The position numbers and the translations under genes are program-made. Below, in pieces: positions 24,621 through 35,337 of a DNA stretch of 64,000 nt. The DNA is from Alphaproteobacteria bacterium (GTDB taxonomy: Bacteria; Pseudomonadota; Alphaproteobacteria; GCA-2731375). Numbering within the stretch: position 1 is the stretch's first letter; each line of letters opens with the position of its first letter. The stretch covers positions 160,001 to 224,000 of the forward strand of contig CBDDBZ010000032.1 in the NCBI GenBank assembly GCA_965225945.1, given 5' to 3'. The notes beneath the pieces were generated by a model. That model searched no databases, was not told the origin of the DNA, and worked only from the letters and a program-made list of their open reading frames with translations.

Positions 24621-26444
24621 ATGCGCTTCGCGACTTGCCTGCTGCTCGCCCTCGGGCTCAGCCCCACCGTCCTGGCCGGCGAGACCCGAACGATGCACGG
24701 CATGTCGCTCTTCGGCAGCCTCAAGTACCCGGCCGACTTTCGCCATTACGACTATGTCGATCCGAAGGCGCCCAAGGGCGGCGAGGTGCGCCAGGCGGCG
24801 ATCGGGACGTTCGATTCGTTGAATCAGTTCATCATCAAGGGTTCGCCCGCGGCGAGCCTGGGGCTGATCTACGACACCTTGATGGATGACGCCCGGGACG
24901 AGCCGGCGAGCGAATACGGCCGATTGGCGGAAAGCGTGGAGGTCCCGGACGATCTCTCTTGGGTCGCCTTCACGCTCAGCGAGGAGGCGCGCTGGCACGA
25001 CGGCCAGCCGATCACCCCGGCGGACGTCATATTCACCTTCGAATTGTTGAAGAAGAAGGGGACACCCGGCTTTCGCTATTATTACGCCAACGTCATGAAA
25101 CCCGAGGCGACGGGCCCGCGGACCGTGAAATTCAGCTTCACCGGACCGAAGAACCGTGAGCTGCCGCAGATCGTGGGCCAGATGACGGTGCTGCCGAAAC
25201 ACTACTGGGAAGGCCGCGACTTCGAGGCGACGACTCTCGAGCCGCCACTCGGCAGCGGACCGTACCGGATCGACGGTTTCGAGGCCGGCCGCTGGATCCG
25301 CTATGCCCGGGTGGAGGACTACTGGGCGCGCGACCTGCCGACGATGAAGGGACGGTACAACTTCGACAGCTATCGGATCGACTACTACCGCGAGGATCAG
25401 ATCGCGCTCGAGTCTTTCAAGGCGCGCGGCTTCGATTTCCGCATGGAGAACAACTCCAAGCTCTGGGCCACGAGCTACCGGTTTCCCGCCGTCGAGGACG
25501 GCCGGGTGGTGACGGAGCTGCTCGACCACGAATTGCCGAGCGGCATGCAGGGCTTCGTCTTCAATCTCAGGCGGGCCAAGTTCCGAAGTCCCCAGCTTCG
25601 CCGGGCGCTGGCCCATGCCTTCGATTTCGAGTGGTCGAACCGGACTCTCTTCTATGGTCAGTACACCCGCTCGACCAGCTACTTCTCGAACTCGGACCTC
25701 GCCGCGACGGGCTTGCCGAGCGAAGCGGAGCTCGCCCTGCTGGAACCGCTTCGCGGGCGGATTCCGGACGAAGTCTTCACCGAGACCTACGCGCCGCCGA
25801 AGTCCGACGGCTCCGGCAACATCCGCGCTCAGTTGCGGCAGGCGACGCGGCTGCTGAAGAGCGCCGGCTTCGAGATCCGGGATGGCAAGCTGATCGAGCC
25901 GACGAGCGGCAAGCCGTTCACGATGGAAATCCTGCTCGGCTCGCCCGCGTTCCAGCGCGTGGTCGCGCCGATGGTGGAGAACTTGCGCCGTCTCGGTGTC
26001 GAGGCCAGCATTCGCGTGGTCGATTCCGCCCAGTATCGGCGGCGTCTGGACACCTTCGATTTCGACATGATCGTCTCCACTTTCGGCCAGTCGCTGTCGC
26101 CCGGCAACGAGCAGCGCAACTACTGGGGCTCGGCATCGGCCGACCGCAAGGGGAGCTTCAACTACATCGGCATCAAGGATCCGGCGATCGACGAGCTGAT
26201 CGACCACGTCATTTTCGCCGAGGACCGGGCGACGCTGATCGCGGCCTGCCGGGCGCTGGACCGGGTCCTGCTCTGGGGCCATTACGTCATCCCCAACTGG
26301 CATATCCGGAGCTTCCGGGTCGCCTATTGGAACCGCTTCGCCCGGCCGGCGATCCGACCGAAATACGGTCTCGGCTTCTTCGATACCTGGTGGATCGACC
26401 CGGCGAAGGAGGCGGCGATGCAGGCCGAGGGGACGAGGAAATAG
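24621..26444 (+). CDS. yejA: Peptide ABC transporter substrate-binding protein (YejA-like, copy 1)
   Basis: Signal peptide, APKGG, GTFDSLN, PPLGSGPY, SPGNEQR, C-terminal WW. Confidence 0.9.
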   Translation: MRFATCLLLALGLSPTVLAGETRTMHGMSLFGSLKYPADFRHYDYVDPKAPKGGEVRQAAIGTFDSLNQFIIKGSPAASLGLIYDTLMDDARDEPASEYGRLAESVEVPDDLSWVAFTLSEEARWHDGQPITPADVIFTFELLKKKGTPGFRYYYANVMKPEATGPRTVKFSFTGPKNRELPQIVGQMTVLPKHYWEGRDFEATTLEPPLGSGPYRIDGFEAGRWIRYARVEDYWARDLPTMKGRYNFDSYRIDYYREDQIALESFKARGFDFRMENNSKLWATSYRFPAVEDGRVVTELLDHELPSGMQGFVFNLRRAKFRSPQLRRALAHAFDFEWSNRTLFYGQYTRSTSYFSNSDLAATGLPSEAELALLEPLRGRIPDEVFTETYAPPKSDGSGNIRAQLRQATRLLKSAGFEIRDGKLIEPTSGKPFTMEILLGSPAFQRVVAPMVENLRRLGVEASIRVVDSAQYRRRLDTFDFDMIVSTFGQSLSPGNEQRNYWGSASADRKGSFNYIGIKDPAIDELIDHVIFAEDRATLIAACRALDRVLLWGHYVIPNWHIRSFRVAYWNRFARPAIRPKYGLGFFDTWWIDPAKEAAMQAEGTRK

Positions 26445-26476
26445 CGGGGGCGCGTGGATTCGTGAGGATCGGGGCG

Positions 26477-28318
26477 ATGCGACATGGAATCGTCGGCGCG
26501 GCACTGGCCTGCGTCCTGAGCCTCGGCGCCGGCGCCGAGGAGCGCCACGGCTTCGCGATCCTGGGCACGCTGAAATACGGCCCCGACTTTAAGCATTTCG
26601 ACTATGTCGATCCGCAGGCGCCGAAGGGCGGCACGGTTCGACTCTGGTTCCAGGGCACGTTCGATTCGCTCAACCCCTTCATCCTGAAAGGGGTGCCCGC
26701 GGCGGGCCACAACCCTTTTGCCCCTTCCGGCGGCTTCCTGCTGCCGTTCGAGAACCTGATGGTAGCCTCCGCGGACGAGCCGGATTCGTACTATGGCCTG
26801 GTGGCTCGTTCGGTCGAACTGCCGCCATCGCGCGAGTGGGTGGCGTTCCGCCTTCGCCCGGAGGCGCGCTTCCACGACGGCAGCCGAATCACGGCGGAAG
26901 ACGTGGTTTTCTCGTTCGAAACGCTCAAGACCAACAAGTTCGCCAATCCGAACTACCGCGTGCTCTATGAAGACATCGTCGAGGCGCGGGCGCTTGCCCC
27001 CGATCACGTCCGTTTCACCTTCAAGGCCGGCGCGGTGACCCGCGATCTGGCGAGCCACGTCGCCGTCATGCCGATTCTTTCCAAGGCCTACTACGTTCAG
27101 CACGACTTCGCGAAGGCGAGCCTGGAAGTGCCGCTGTCGAGCGGACCCTACGAGGTCGAGTTGGTCGATCCCGGCCGTTCCATCACCTATCGCCGGGTCA
27201 AGGACCATTGGGCCAAGGACCTTCCCGCCTACCGCGGCCGCTACAACTTCGATCGCCTACAATGGATCTATTTCCGCGAGCGGACGATCGGCCTGCAGGC
27301 GCTCTTCGCCGGCAAGTTGGATTTCCGCGAGGAGTTCACCTCGCGCGACTGGGCCACGCGCTACGACGTGCCGGCGGTGAAGGACGGGCGGATCATCCGC
27401 GAGCTGGTAGCCGACGAGACGCCGTCGGGAAGCCAGGCCTTCTTCCTCAATACCCGGCGAGAGAAGTTCAAGGACCGCCGGGTGCGCAAGGCCCTGGGCC
27501 TGGTCTTCGATTTCGAGTGGACCAACGAGACGATCTTCCATGACGCCTATCTACGCACCAGGTCGATCTTCGAGAATTCCGAGCTCGCGGCCCGCGCCGC
27601 GCCGACGCCGGCGGAGCTGGAACTGCTGAAGCCGGCCCGGGGTAAACTGCCGGATGCCGCCTTCGAGAAACCTTTCCTGCCGCCGGTGAACGGCGGCGTC
27701 CGCGCGCTGCGTCCGAATTTGCGCGCGGCGCGACGGCTGCTGGAAGAAGCCGGCTGGCGCATCGTCGACAAGTTGCTCGTCGATCGTGAGGGAAACCATT
27801 TCCGCATCGAGTTCCTCTCCTTCCTCCAGGGCTTCGAGCGAATCGTCCTGCCCTATACCGAGAACCTGCGTCGGCTCGGCATTGAGGCGACGTTTCGCCT
27901 GGTTGAACCTTCGCAATACCAGCGCCGGCTCATCACCTTCGACTATGACGTCGTCACCTCTCGCTTCGTCAGCTCGCTCACCCCCGGGGTGGGCTTGCGC
28001 AATTTTTGGAGCAGCACATCGGCGAGGGCCGAGGGAAGTCGCAATTTGGCCGGCGTCGCCGATCCGGTGATCGATTCGCTGGTGGAAAACGTCATCGCCG
28101 CGCGCAATCGCGACGAGTTGCGGGTCGCGACCCGGGCGCTCGACCGCATGGTGATGTGGAACCACTATCTGGTGCCGCAGTGGTATCTGGCGAGCCATCG
28201 GATCGCCTATTGGGATGTCTTCGGCCGGCCCGAGAGCAAGCCGAAATACGCCCTCGGCTTCCTCGACACCTGGTGGATCGACCCGGCCAAGCGGGCCCGG
28301 ATCGAGGCAAGCCGATGA
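26477..28318 (+). CDS. yejA: Peptide ABC transporter substrate-binding protein (YejA-like, copy 2)
   Basis: Same motif set (APKGG, GTFDSLNPF, ARFHDG, FDFEW, DTWW); start MRHGIVG. Confidence 0.9.
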   Translation: MRHGIVGAALACVLSLGAGAEERHGFAILGTLKYGPDFKHFDYVDPQAPKGGTVRLWFQGTFDSLNPFILKGVPAAGHNPFAPSGGFLLPFENLMVASADEPDSYYGLVARSVELPPSREWVAFRLRPEARFHDGSRITAEDVVFSFETLKTNKFANPNYRVLYEDIVEARALAPDHVRFTFKAGAVTRDLASHVAVMPILSKAYYVQHDFAKASLEVPLSSGPYEVELVDPGRSITYRRVKDHWAKDLPAYRGRYNFDRLQWIYFRERTIGLQALFAGKLDFREEFTSRDWATRYDVPAVKDGRIIRELVADETPSGSQAFFLNTRREKFKDRRVRKALGLVFDFEWTNETIFHDAYLRTRSIFENSELAARAAPTPAELELLKPARGKLPDAAFEKPFLPPVNGGVRALRPNLRAARRLLEEAGWRIVDKLLVDREGNHFRIEFLSFLQGFERIVLPYTENLRRLGIEATFRLVEPSQYQRRLITFDYDVVTSRFVSSLTPGVGLRNFWSSTSARAEGSRNLAGVADPVIDSLVENVIAARNRDELRVATRALDRMVMWNHYLVPQWYLASHRIAYWDVFGRPESKPKYALGFLDTWWIDPAKRARIEASR

Positions 28319-28352
28319 AGCGACGCGGCCGGGGGCCGAGGGAGCAAGCGCC

Positions 28353-29471
28353 ATGATGGCCTACGTCATCCGTCGCCTGCTGCTGATGATCCCGACCATC
28401 TTCGGGATCATGCTGGTCAACTTCGTGGTCTTGCAGTTCCTGCCGGGCGGCCCGGTGGAACAAGTGATCGCGCAGTTGACCGGCACCGCCGTCGACGTCA
28501 CCGCACGCTACGGCGGGGGAACCGGCGGGGAGATCGACACCAGCGGCCAGGCCGGCAGCGCCGGCGTCGGCGCGGGCCAGATCAACAGCAAGTATCGTGG
28601 CTCCCAGGGCCTCGACCCCGAGCTGCTGCGCGACCTGGAGCGCCAGTTTGGTCTCGACAAGCCGGCGCACGAGCGCTTCGTCACCATGATCGGCAACTAT
28701 CTGCGCTTCGATTTCGGCGAGAGTTTCTTCCGCGATCGGGAGGTCGTCGATCTGGTGATCGACAAACTGCCGGTATCGATCTCGCTGGGGCTGTGGACCA
28801 CGCTGCTGGCCTATCTGATCTCGATCCCGCTCGGCGTCGCCAAGGCGTTGCGGGACGGGTCCAGGTTCGACGTCTGGACCTCGGGCGTGGTCGTCGTCGG
28901 CAACGCCATCCCCGGCTTCCTCTTCGCCGTCTTCTTGATCGTGCTGTTCTCCGGCGGCACCTTCTGGGACGTCTTCCCGCTCCGCGGTCTCACCTCGGAC
29001 AATTGGGAGGAGTTGAGCTGGCCGGCCCGGATCGTCGACTATTTCTGGCACATCACGCTGCCGATTCTCGCTCTCGCGATCGGCGGATTCGCGACCCTGA
29101 CCATGCTGACCAAGAACTCTTTCCTCGACGAGATCTCCAAGCAATACGTGGTGACCGCCCGGGCCAAGGGGTTGAACGAGAACCGCGTGCTTTACGGCCA
29201 CGTCTTCCGCAACGCCATGCTGATCGTAATCGCCGGCTTTCCGGGCGCCTTCGTCAGCGTCTTCTTCACCGGTTCGCTGTTGATCGAAACGATCTTCTCG
29301 CTCGACGGGCTGGGGCTGCTCGCCTTCGAGGCGGTGCTCAATCGCGACTACCCGATCGTCCTCGGCACCCTCTACGTCTTCACCCTGATGGGGCTGGTGA
29401 TCCATCTGATCGGCGATCTCACCTATATGGTGATCGATTCCCGGATCGATTTCGAGAGCCGGGAGGTCTGA
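28353..29471 (+). CDS. yejB: Peptide ABC permease
   Basis: YVIRRLLLMIPT, PGGPVE, YRGSQGLDP, TARAKGL, RDYP. Confidence 0.93.
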   Translation: MMAYVIRRLLLMIPTIFGIMLVNFVVLQFLPGGPVEQVIAQLTGTAVDVTARYGGGTGGEIDTSGQAGSAGVGAGQINSKYRGSQGLDPELLRDLERQFGLDKPAHERFVTMIGNYLRFDFGESFFRDREVVDLVIDKLPVSISLGLWTTLLAYLISIPLGVAKALRDGSRFDVWTSGVVVVGNAIPGFLFAVFLIVLFSGGTFWDVFPLRGLTSDNWEELSWPARIVDYFWHITLPILALAIGGFATLTMLTKNSFLDEISKQYVVTARAKGLNENRVLYGHVFRNAMLIVIAGFPGAFVSVFFTGSLLIETIFSLDGLGLLAFEAVLNRDYPIVLGTLYVFTLMGLVIHLIGDLTYMVIDSRIDFESREV

Positions 29472-29476
29472 GGCGG

Positions 29477-30598
29477 ATGGCTGCGCCGAATCGCTTCCTC
29501 GGCATGCGGATCACGCCGCTGACGCGCCGGCGGCTGGGGAATTTCCGCGCCAACAAGCGCGGCTACTGGTCGGCGGTGATCTTCACCTGCCTCTTCGTCC
29601 TCAGCCTGTTCGCCGAATTTATCGCCAACGACAAGCCGATCCTGGCGCGTTACGACGGCGCCTTCTACATGCCCGTGCTGGTCGCCTATCCCGAGACCGA
29701 TTTCGGCGGCGAGTTCGAGACCGAGGCCGACTACCGCGATCCCTTCGTCCAGGAGCTGATCGAGGAGAAGGGCTGGATGGTCTGGCCGCCGATCCGCTTC
29801 CACTACCGCACCCACGTGAAGGAGGGCCTGCCCACTCCGGCGCCCTCGCCGCCGACGGCACAAAACTGGCTCGGCACCGACGATCAAGCCCGCGACGTCG
29901 CCGCCCGGCTGATCTACGGCGTTCGCATATCGGTGCTGTTCGGCCTCATCCTCACCATCGTCAGCTCCGTCGTCGGCGTCACCGCCGGCGCGGTGCAGGG
30001 CTTCTTCGGCGGCTGGACCGACTTGTTGGGTCAGCGCGCCATCGAGATCTGGTCGGGAATGCCGGTGCTCTACATCCTGATCATCTTCTCGAGCCTGATC
30101 ATCCCCGGGTTCTGGACCCTGTTGATCATCATGCTGCTGTTCAGTTGGATGTCGCTGGTCGGCGTGGTCCGGGCGGAGTTTCTGCGGGCTCGCAACTTGG
30201 ACTATGTTCGCGCCGCCCGCGCGCTCGGCGTCTCCAACGCGGTGATCATGTTCAAGCATCTGCTGCCGAACGCCATGGTGGCCTCGCTCACCTTCCTGCC
30301 GTTCATCCTCTCCGGCTCGATCACGACGCTCACGGCGCTCGACTTTCTCGGCTTCGGCCTGCCGCCGGGCTCCGCTTCCCTCGGCGAGATGTTGCAGCAG
30401 GGCAAGGCCAACCTGCAGGCGCCTTGGCTCGGCATCACCTCCTTCGCCGCCATCTCGATCATGCTGACCCTGCTGATCTTCGTCTTCGAGGGCGTGCGCG
30501 ACGCCTTCGATCCGCGCAAGACCGTGATGGGGCCGGTCGTGGCGGAGGAAACCCGGCCGGGAACGGCGCCCGCCTCGGCGCCGGAGGCGGGGGAATGA
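29477..30598 (+). CDS. yejE: Peptide ABC permease
   Basis: FRANKRG, ANDKP, LGTDDQARDV, EGVRDAFDPRK. Confidence 0.93.
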   Translation: MAAPNRFLGMRITPLTRRRLGNFRANKRGYWSAVIFTCLFVLSLFAEFIANDKPILARYDGAFYMPVLVAYPETDFGGEFETEADYRDPFVQELIEEKGWMVWPPIRFHYRTHVKEGLPTPAPSPPTAQNWLGTDDQARDVAARLIYGVRISVLFGLILTIVSSVVGVTAGAVQGFFGGWTDLLGQRAIEIWSGMPVLYILIIFSSLIIPGFWTLLIIMLLFSWMSLVGVVRAEFLRARNLDYVRAARALGVSNAVIMFKHLLPNAMVASLTFLPFILSGSITTLTALDFLGFGLPPGSASLGEMLQQGKANLQAPWLGITSFAAISIMLTLLIFVFEGVRDAFDPRKTVMGPVVAEETRPGTAPASAPEAGE

Positions 30599-32223
30599 GC
30601 GCGCCGCTGCTGGAGATTTCCGGCCTCCGGGTCGCCTTCCGGGGCGAGGCCGGCTGGAACGAAGTGGTGCGCGGCGTCTCGCTCACCATCGAGGAGGGCC
30701 AGACCGTGGCACTCGTGGGCGAGAGCGGCTCCGGCAAGTCGGTGACGGCGCTCTCGGTTTTGCAACTGCTGCCGGCGGGTGTGGCCCGCCATCCGGGCGG
30801 CTCGGTCCGCTTCCAGGGTGAGGAGTTGCTCGGCGCCACGCCGGACACGCTGGCGGGAGTGCGCGGCAACCGGATCTCGATGATCTTTCAGGAGCCGATG
30901 ACCTCCCTCAACCCGTTGCACACGGTGGAGAAGCAGATCAACGAAGTCCTGCTGCTGCACAAGCGGATGAGCCAGGCCCGCGCGCGCGAGAGGACTCTCG
31001 AACTTCTGCGCATGGTCCGAATCCCCGATCCCGAACAGCGGCTACAGAGCTGGCCGCATCAGCTTTCGGGCGGCCAGCGCCAGCGGGTGATGATCGCGAT
31101 GGCGCTGGCCAACGAGCCCGACCTGTTGATCGCCGACGAGCCGACCACCGCTCTCGACGTCACCATCCAGGCACAGATCCTGCAATTGATGGCCGATCTG
31201 CAGCGCCAGTTGGGGATGGCGATGCTGCTGATCACCCACGACCTGGCCGTCGTGCGCAAGGTCGCCGAACGGGTCCACGTGATGACGGCCGGCGAGATCG
31301 TCGAGACCGGCGAGACCGCCCGGGTGTTCGCCGCGCCCAGCCACGACTACACCCGCCACCTGCTCCAGGCCGAGCCCCGGGGCACCCCGCGCGCGCCCGA
31401 GGCCGACGCGCCCGAGGTCGTCCGCGCCGAGGACGTCAAGGTGTATTTTCCGGTCAAACGCGGCGTCCTGCGGCGGACGGTCGACCATATCCGCGCCGTC
31501 GACGGGATCTCGCTCACGGCCCGCGCGGGCGAGACCGTCGGCGTCGTCGGCGAGAGCGGCTCGGGCAAAACCACGCTCGGCCTGGCACTCCTGCGGCTGA
31601 TTTCCAGCCAGGGCGAGATCCACTTCGGCCCGCATCGGCTCGATTTGATGAAGACGCGCGAGCTTCGCCCGCTCCGGCGCGAGATGCAGATCGTCTTTCA
31701 GGACCCCTACGGCTCGCTCTCTCCCCGCCTCTCGGTGCAGCAGATCGTAGAGGAAGGCCTGCGGGTACACGGCCTCGGCGGCGATTACGAGGCACGCCGG
31801 CGGCTCATAGCCGAGGCCTTGGCCGAGGTCGACCTGCCGGCCGAGGCGATGGATCGCTATCCGCACGAGTTTTCCGGCGGGCAGCGCCAGCGCATCGCGA
31901 TCGCCCGCGCGCTGGTCTTGAAACCCCGGTTCCTGGTGCTGGACGAACCCACCAGCGCCCTCGACATGTCGGTTCAGGCGCAGATCGTCGAGCTGCTAAG
32001 GGCACTGCAGCACCGCCATGGCCTCGCCTACATGTTCATCAGTCACGATCTGAAGGTGGTGCGCGCGATGGCCAACAAGGTGATCGTGATGCGCGAGGGC
32101 AAGGTCGTCGAACAGGGGACGGCGGAGCGGATTTTCGAGGACCCGAGGACGGACTACACCCGGGCCTTGATGGCGGCGGCGTTCGATCTAGAGGCGACCG
32201 AGAGCGGCGCCGTCAGTACCTGA
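30595..32223 (+). CDS. yejF: Peptide ABC ATPase with two fused NBDs
   Basis: Two GESGSGK Walker A and two SGGQRQR signatures. Confidence 0.93.
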   Translation: MSAPLLEISGLRVAFRGEAGWNEVVRGVSLTIEEGQTVALVGESGSGKSVTALSVLQLLPAGVARHPGGSVRFQGEELLGATPDTLAGVRGNRISMIFQEPMTSLNPLHTVEKQINEVLLLHKRMSQARARERTLELLRMVRIPDPEQRLQSWPHQLSGGQRQRVMIAMALANEPDLLIADEPTTALDVTIQAQILQLMADLQRQLGMAMLLITHDLAVVRKVAERVHVMTAGEIVETGETARVFAAPSHDYTRHLLQAEPRGTPRAPEADAPEVVRAEDVKVYFPVKRGVLRRTVDHIRAVDGISLTARAGETVGVVGESGSGKTTLGLALLRLISSQGEIHFGPHRLDLMKTRELRPLRREMQIVFQDPYGSLSPRLSVQQIVEEGLRVHGLGGDYEARRRLIAEALAEVDLPAEAMDRYPHEFSGGQRQRIAIARALVLKPRFLVLDEPTSALDMSVQAQIVELLRALQHRHGLAYMFISHDLKVVRAMANKVIVMREGKVVEQGTAERIFEDPRTDYTRALMAAAFDLEATESGAVST

Positions 32224-32261
32224 GCCAAGGCCCGAGAACCTCGGCCGCCCCGGACACGACC

Positions 32262-32441
32262 TCAGAGCACCAGCTTGAGCAACTCATACGGCCAGAGGAT
32301 GCCGGCGATCGCCGCTTCCTCGAAGGTCTGCATGTTCGACCACGAGGTCTTGCGAACTTCCAAGAATTTTATCAAGAACGTGCCCAACGCGCCGAGCAAG
32401 TAGCAAAAACCCCCAATCAGCCATCTCGTCGTGTTGTCCAT
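32262..32441 (-). CDS. Small hypothetical membrane protein (59 aa)
   Basis: MDNTTRWLIGGFCYLLG...WPYELLKLVL; hydrophobic, AGGA upstream. Confidence 0.55.
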   Translation of the reverse strand: MDNTTRWLIGGFCYLLGALGTFLIKFLEVRKTSWSNMQTFEEAAIAGILWPYELLKLVL

Positions 32442-32609
32442 GTCCGATCCTCGTGCTACCTCGACTCCACGACGAATTTCCGAGGCGCGATCATGGGCCG
32501 ATACAGCGCGGAGCCATCGCGCCGTCGGCGGCGCCACGCGGTCATCGAAAAGTCCGTGGGGAACGGCAAGGGGGCGAGGACACGGCCCGTCGACGACTCT
32601 ATGACCATG

Positions 32610-33086
32610 CTAGTTCCCTCTGATCACGTCTTCCAGGATATCTAGCACAATTCCGGTCGCGGTTTCGACCAGAAGGACGTTCGCGTCGACGACGAACCGT
32701 TCGGTGCCGTGGGGTGGCGGGCCGAGGCGACCGCTGAGGCCGGGCGGCAACTGGCGCTTGTCCAGGCCCGGCGGCAACGTCTTACGCTTGGCCAGGCCGG
32801 GGGGAAGGGAACCTCGCTTGGCGAGGCCCGGCGGCAGCCCCTTCTGCCTGCCTTTCCCCTTGCCTTTGTGCTTGCCCTTGTACGAGGTTCGCTCCCGCAG
32901 CTCGATGCCGAAATAATCCTCGATGACGCGCCGCTCCACCGTGGAGAAGACGACATCGAGCGCGTCGCGTTGCGCCAATGTGACAGACGATCCCTGAGCC
33001 GCCACCGGCGCGGCGACGAGCGAGCCCAGGGCGAGACAGGCGGCGGCTAGCAGGGCCGCAGAGTTTATCGGAAAATATCTCATCAT
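32610..33086 (-). CDS. Exported LPPGL-repeat protein (CigR/RcnB-like)
   Basis: Signal peptide, basic KGKHKGKGK tract, four LPPGL repeats. Confidence 0.7.
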   Translation of the reverse strand: MMRYFPINSAALLAAACLALGSLVAAPVAAQGSSVTLAQRDALDVVFSTVERRVIEDYFGIELRERTSYKGKHKGKGKGRQKGLPPGLAKRGSLPPGLAKRKTLPPGLDKRQLPPGLSGRLGPPPHGTERFVVDANVLLVETATGIVLDILEDVIRGN

Positions 33087-33281
33087 CGCTAACCTCGCAC
33101 TTCGACTCTGATGATAATATAGTCTAAATTGCCCCGTCACGCTGTGTCGACGATCACTCGCGCCCTCCGCGTTTGCCGAGCGTGAGTGAAACCATGCCAC
33201 CTTTGGCAACCGCCCAGGGGCACGACTTCCGCGCCGCCATGCGGAGGTGCCTGCCGCCTGGGTCGAGCGAGTGCGCCCGGC

Positions 33282-34376
33282 CTACTGGTCGGCGCCGACC
33301 ATGGCGTCGATCTCTGATTGCGTCAGGCCGACGGCTCTCGCCGTGTCGAGGATCGCCCGCCACGCGCCCTCGGAGAGGGGAATGCCGTCGCGGCGACGCT
33401 CTGCTTCCAATCGACGTTCCGGCTCGCCCGGGACCAGCACCTCGCCGTCCGGGGCTACTGGCCGGCTGCTCTTCACGAAGTCGACATAGTCCCGCACCAC
33501 GCCGGTGACGCCGTGGCCGTCGTCGAAGCTCGCCACCATCAGATAGATCGACAGCATGCCGTTGGCGACCGGCCGCGCCTCGGGACCGGAGCAGCCCGAC
33601 CCGGTCAAGGCGCCGGCCAGCAATTCGCAGATCAGTGCCAGGCCCGAGCCCTTGTGATCGCCCATGGCGCGAAGCGCGCCCGGCCCCTGTCGCGGATCGG
33701 GGGCACCGCCGCTCGCCTCGGCGCCGTAAAGCAACAGCGGATCGCCGGACACCGTCCCGTCGGGGCCTACCAGGCTGTCCTCCGGCAGTGGCGTGCCACC
33801 GTTGTAGGCGACCAGCGCCTTGCCTTCGGCGATCACCGAGGTGGCGAAATCGAGGATAATCGGGGGTCCGTCGGCCGACGGCACGCCGACGGCGAAGGGG
33901 GCGGTGGAGAAGCGCCGGTCGACGCCGCCGAAGGGCGCCACCAGGCGGGCGCCGGCGACGTTGACGAAATGGACCGAGATCAAGCCCGCCTCGGCGGCGC
34001 GGCGCGGGTAGTCGCCGATGCGGCCGAGATGTCCGGCGTTTCTGAGCGCGACCACGCCGACGCCGCCCCGGGCCGCCCGTTCCATGCCCAGCCGTGCCGC
34101 CTTAGGTCCGACTGTCTGGCCGAAACCGAAATTGCCATCGACCAGCACGAAGGCGTCCGACTCGGCGACGACGTCGATGTCGGCGCCCGGCGTAAGCTTG
34201 CCGTCGTCGATGTAGCGGACGTAGCGGGGTACCCGGATCACGCCGTGGCTGTCGTGACCGGCGAGGTTGGCGTCGACTAGGGATTCGGCGATTCGCGCCG
34301 CCTCGTCGGCTGGGCAGCCCTTGCGGGCGAACACGGCTTCAACCAGACGACTCAACGGGCCGGTTTGGATACGCAC
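33282..34376 (-). CDS. Ldh_2 (malate/lactate/ureidoglycolate) dehydrogenase family
   Basis: GHDSHG, VDGNFGFGQ, HLGRIG, GDHKGSGL, VPGEPE. Confidence 0.9.
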   Translation of the reverse strand: MRIQTGPLSRLVEAVFARKGCPADEAARIAESLVDANLAGHDSHGVIRVPRYVRYIDDGKLTPGADIDVVAESDAFVLVDGNFGFGQTVGPKAARLGMERAARGGVGVVALRNAGHLGRIGDYPRRAAEAGLISVHFVNVAGARLVAPFGGVDRRFSTAPFAVGVPSADGPPIILDFATSVIAEGKALVAYNGGTPLPEDSLVGPDGTVSGDPLLLYGAEASGGAPDPRQGPGALRAMGDHKGSGLALICELLAGALTGSGCSGPEARPVANGMLSIYLMVASFDDGHGVTGVVRDYVDFVKSSRPVAPDGEVLVPGEPERRLEAERRRDGIPLSEGAWRAILDTARAVGLTQSEIDAMVGADQ

Positions 34377-34530
34377 GACATCGACCTCCCAGCTTGGAGC
34401 GTTGCCCGACTCGGGCGATTGTGCGGATGCGGATTACGCCATGACGACACCTTTTCGGCGCGGCCGCTGATAGCATGTCGCAAGCGGCGGCGCCATTGAT
34501 CAGGGCGCGGGGGAGCGGAGGGAAGAAAGC

Positions 34531-35325
34531 ATGAGCGATCGCCACGAAATCGAAGCGGTTCGAACGCCGAGCTTCGCGCTTCATGGACAGACGGCGCTGG
34601 TCACCGGCGCGGGGCGCGGCCTCGGCGCCGGGGCGGCGATTGCGCTGGCCGAGGCGGGTGCCGATCTGGTGCTGCTGAGCCGCACCGCCAGCGAGCTCGA
34701 GATCGTCGCCGAGCGGGTCCGGCGGGAGGGCCGCGAGGCCCGCCAGGTGGTCTGCGATGTCACCGACACGGCCGCCTTGGAGACCGCCTTCGGCGATCTC
34801 GACGAGCTCGACATCGTGGTCAACAACGCCGGCACGAACTTTCCGGGGCCCTTCCTGGAGCTGCCGATCGAACGGCTGGACATGATGCTCGATCTCAACC
34901 TGCGCGCAGCGCTGATGGTCGCCCGCCTGGCGGTCGATCGCATGCTGCGGGCGCCCGACCGGCGGGAGCGCGGCGGCGCCATCATCAACATGAGCTCGCA
35001 GATGGGCCACGTCGGGGCGCCCAACCGCGTCGTCTACTGTACCACCAAGCATGGTCTGGAGGGGATGACCAAGGCGCTCGCCCTGGAACTGGCGAAAACG
35101 GGGATTCGGGTCAATTCGATCGGGCCGACCTTCTTCGAATCTCCCCTCGCGCGGCCGATGCTCGCGGACCCGGAATTCCGCCGCGACGTGCTCGGGCGCA
35201 TCGCCCTCGGCCGTCTCGGCAAGACCGAGGACCTGATGGGCGCGATCGTCTTTTTGGCCTCCCCCGCCGCCGCCATGATCACCGGTACCAGCTTGCTGGT
35301 CGACGGAGGTTGGACCGCGCGCTGA
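34531..35325 (+). CDS. SDR family oxidoreductase
   Basis: TGAGRGLG, NNAG, YCTTK. Confidence 0.92.
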   Translation: MSDRHEIEAVRTPSFALHGQTALVTGAGRGLGAGAAIALAEAGADLVLLSRTASELEIVAERVRREGREARQVVCDVTDTAALETAFGDLDELDIVVNNAGTNFPGPFLELPIERLDMMLDLNLRAALMVARLAVDRMLRAPDRRERGGAIINMSSQMGHVGAPNRVVYCTTKHGLEGMTKALALELAKTGIRVNSIGPTFFESPLARPMLADPEFRRDVLGRIALGRLGKTEDLMGAIVFLASPAAAMITGTSLLVDGGWTAR

Positions 35326-35337
35326 AGCGGCTCCGAC

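Noticed and set aside
25631-28318. 895-aa ORF, and similarly extended ORFs for yejE, yejF, gshA, cycM and M48
   Set aside because: The extensions overlap neighbouring genes in other frames; internal starts with RBS or signal peptides fit better.
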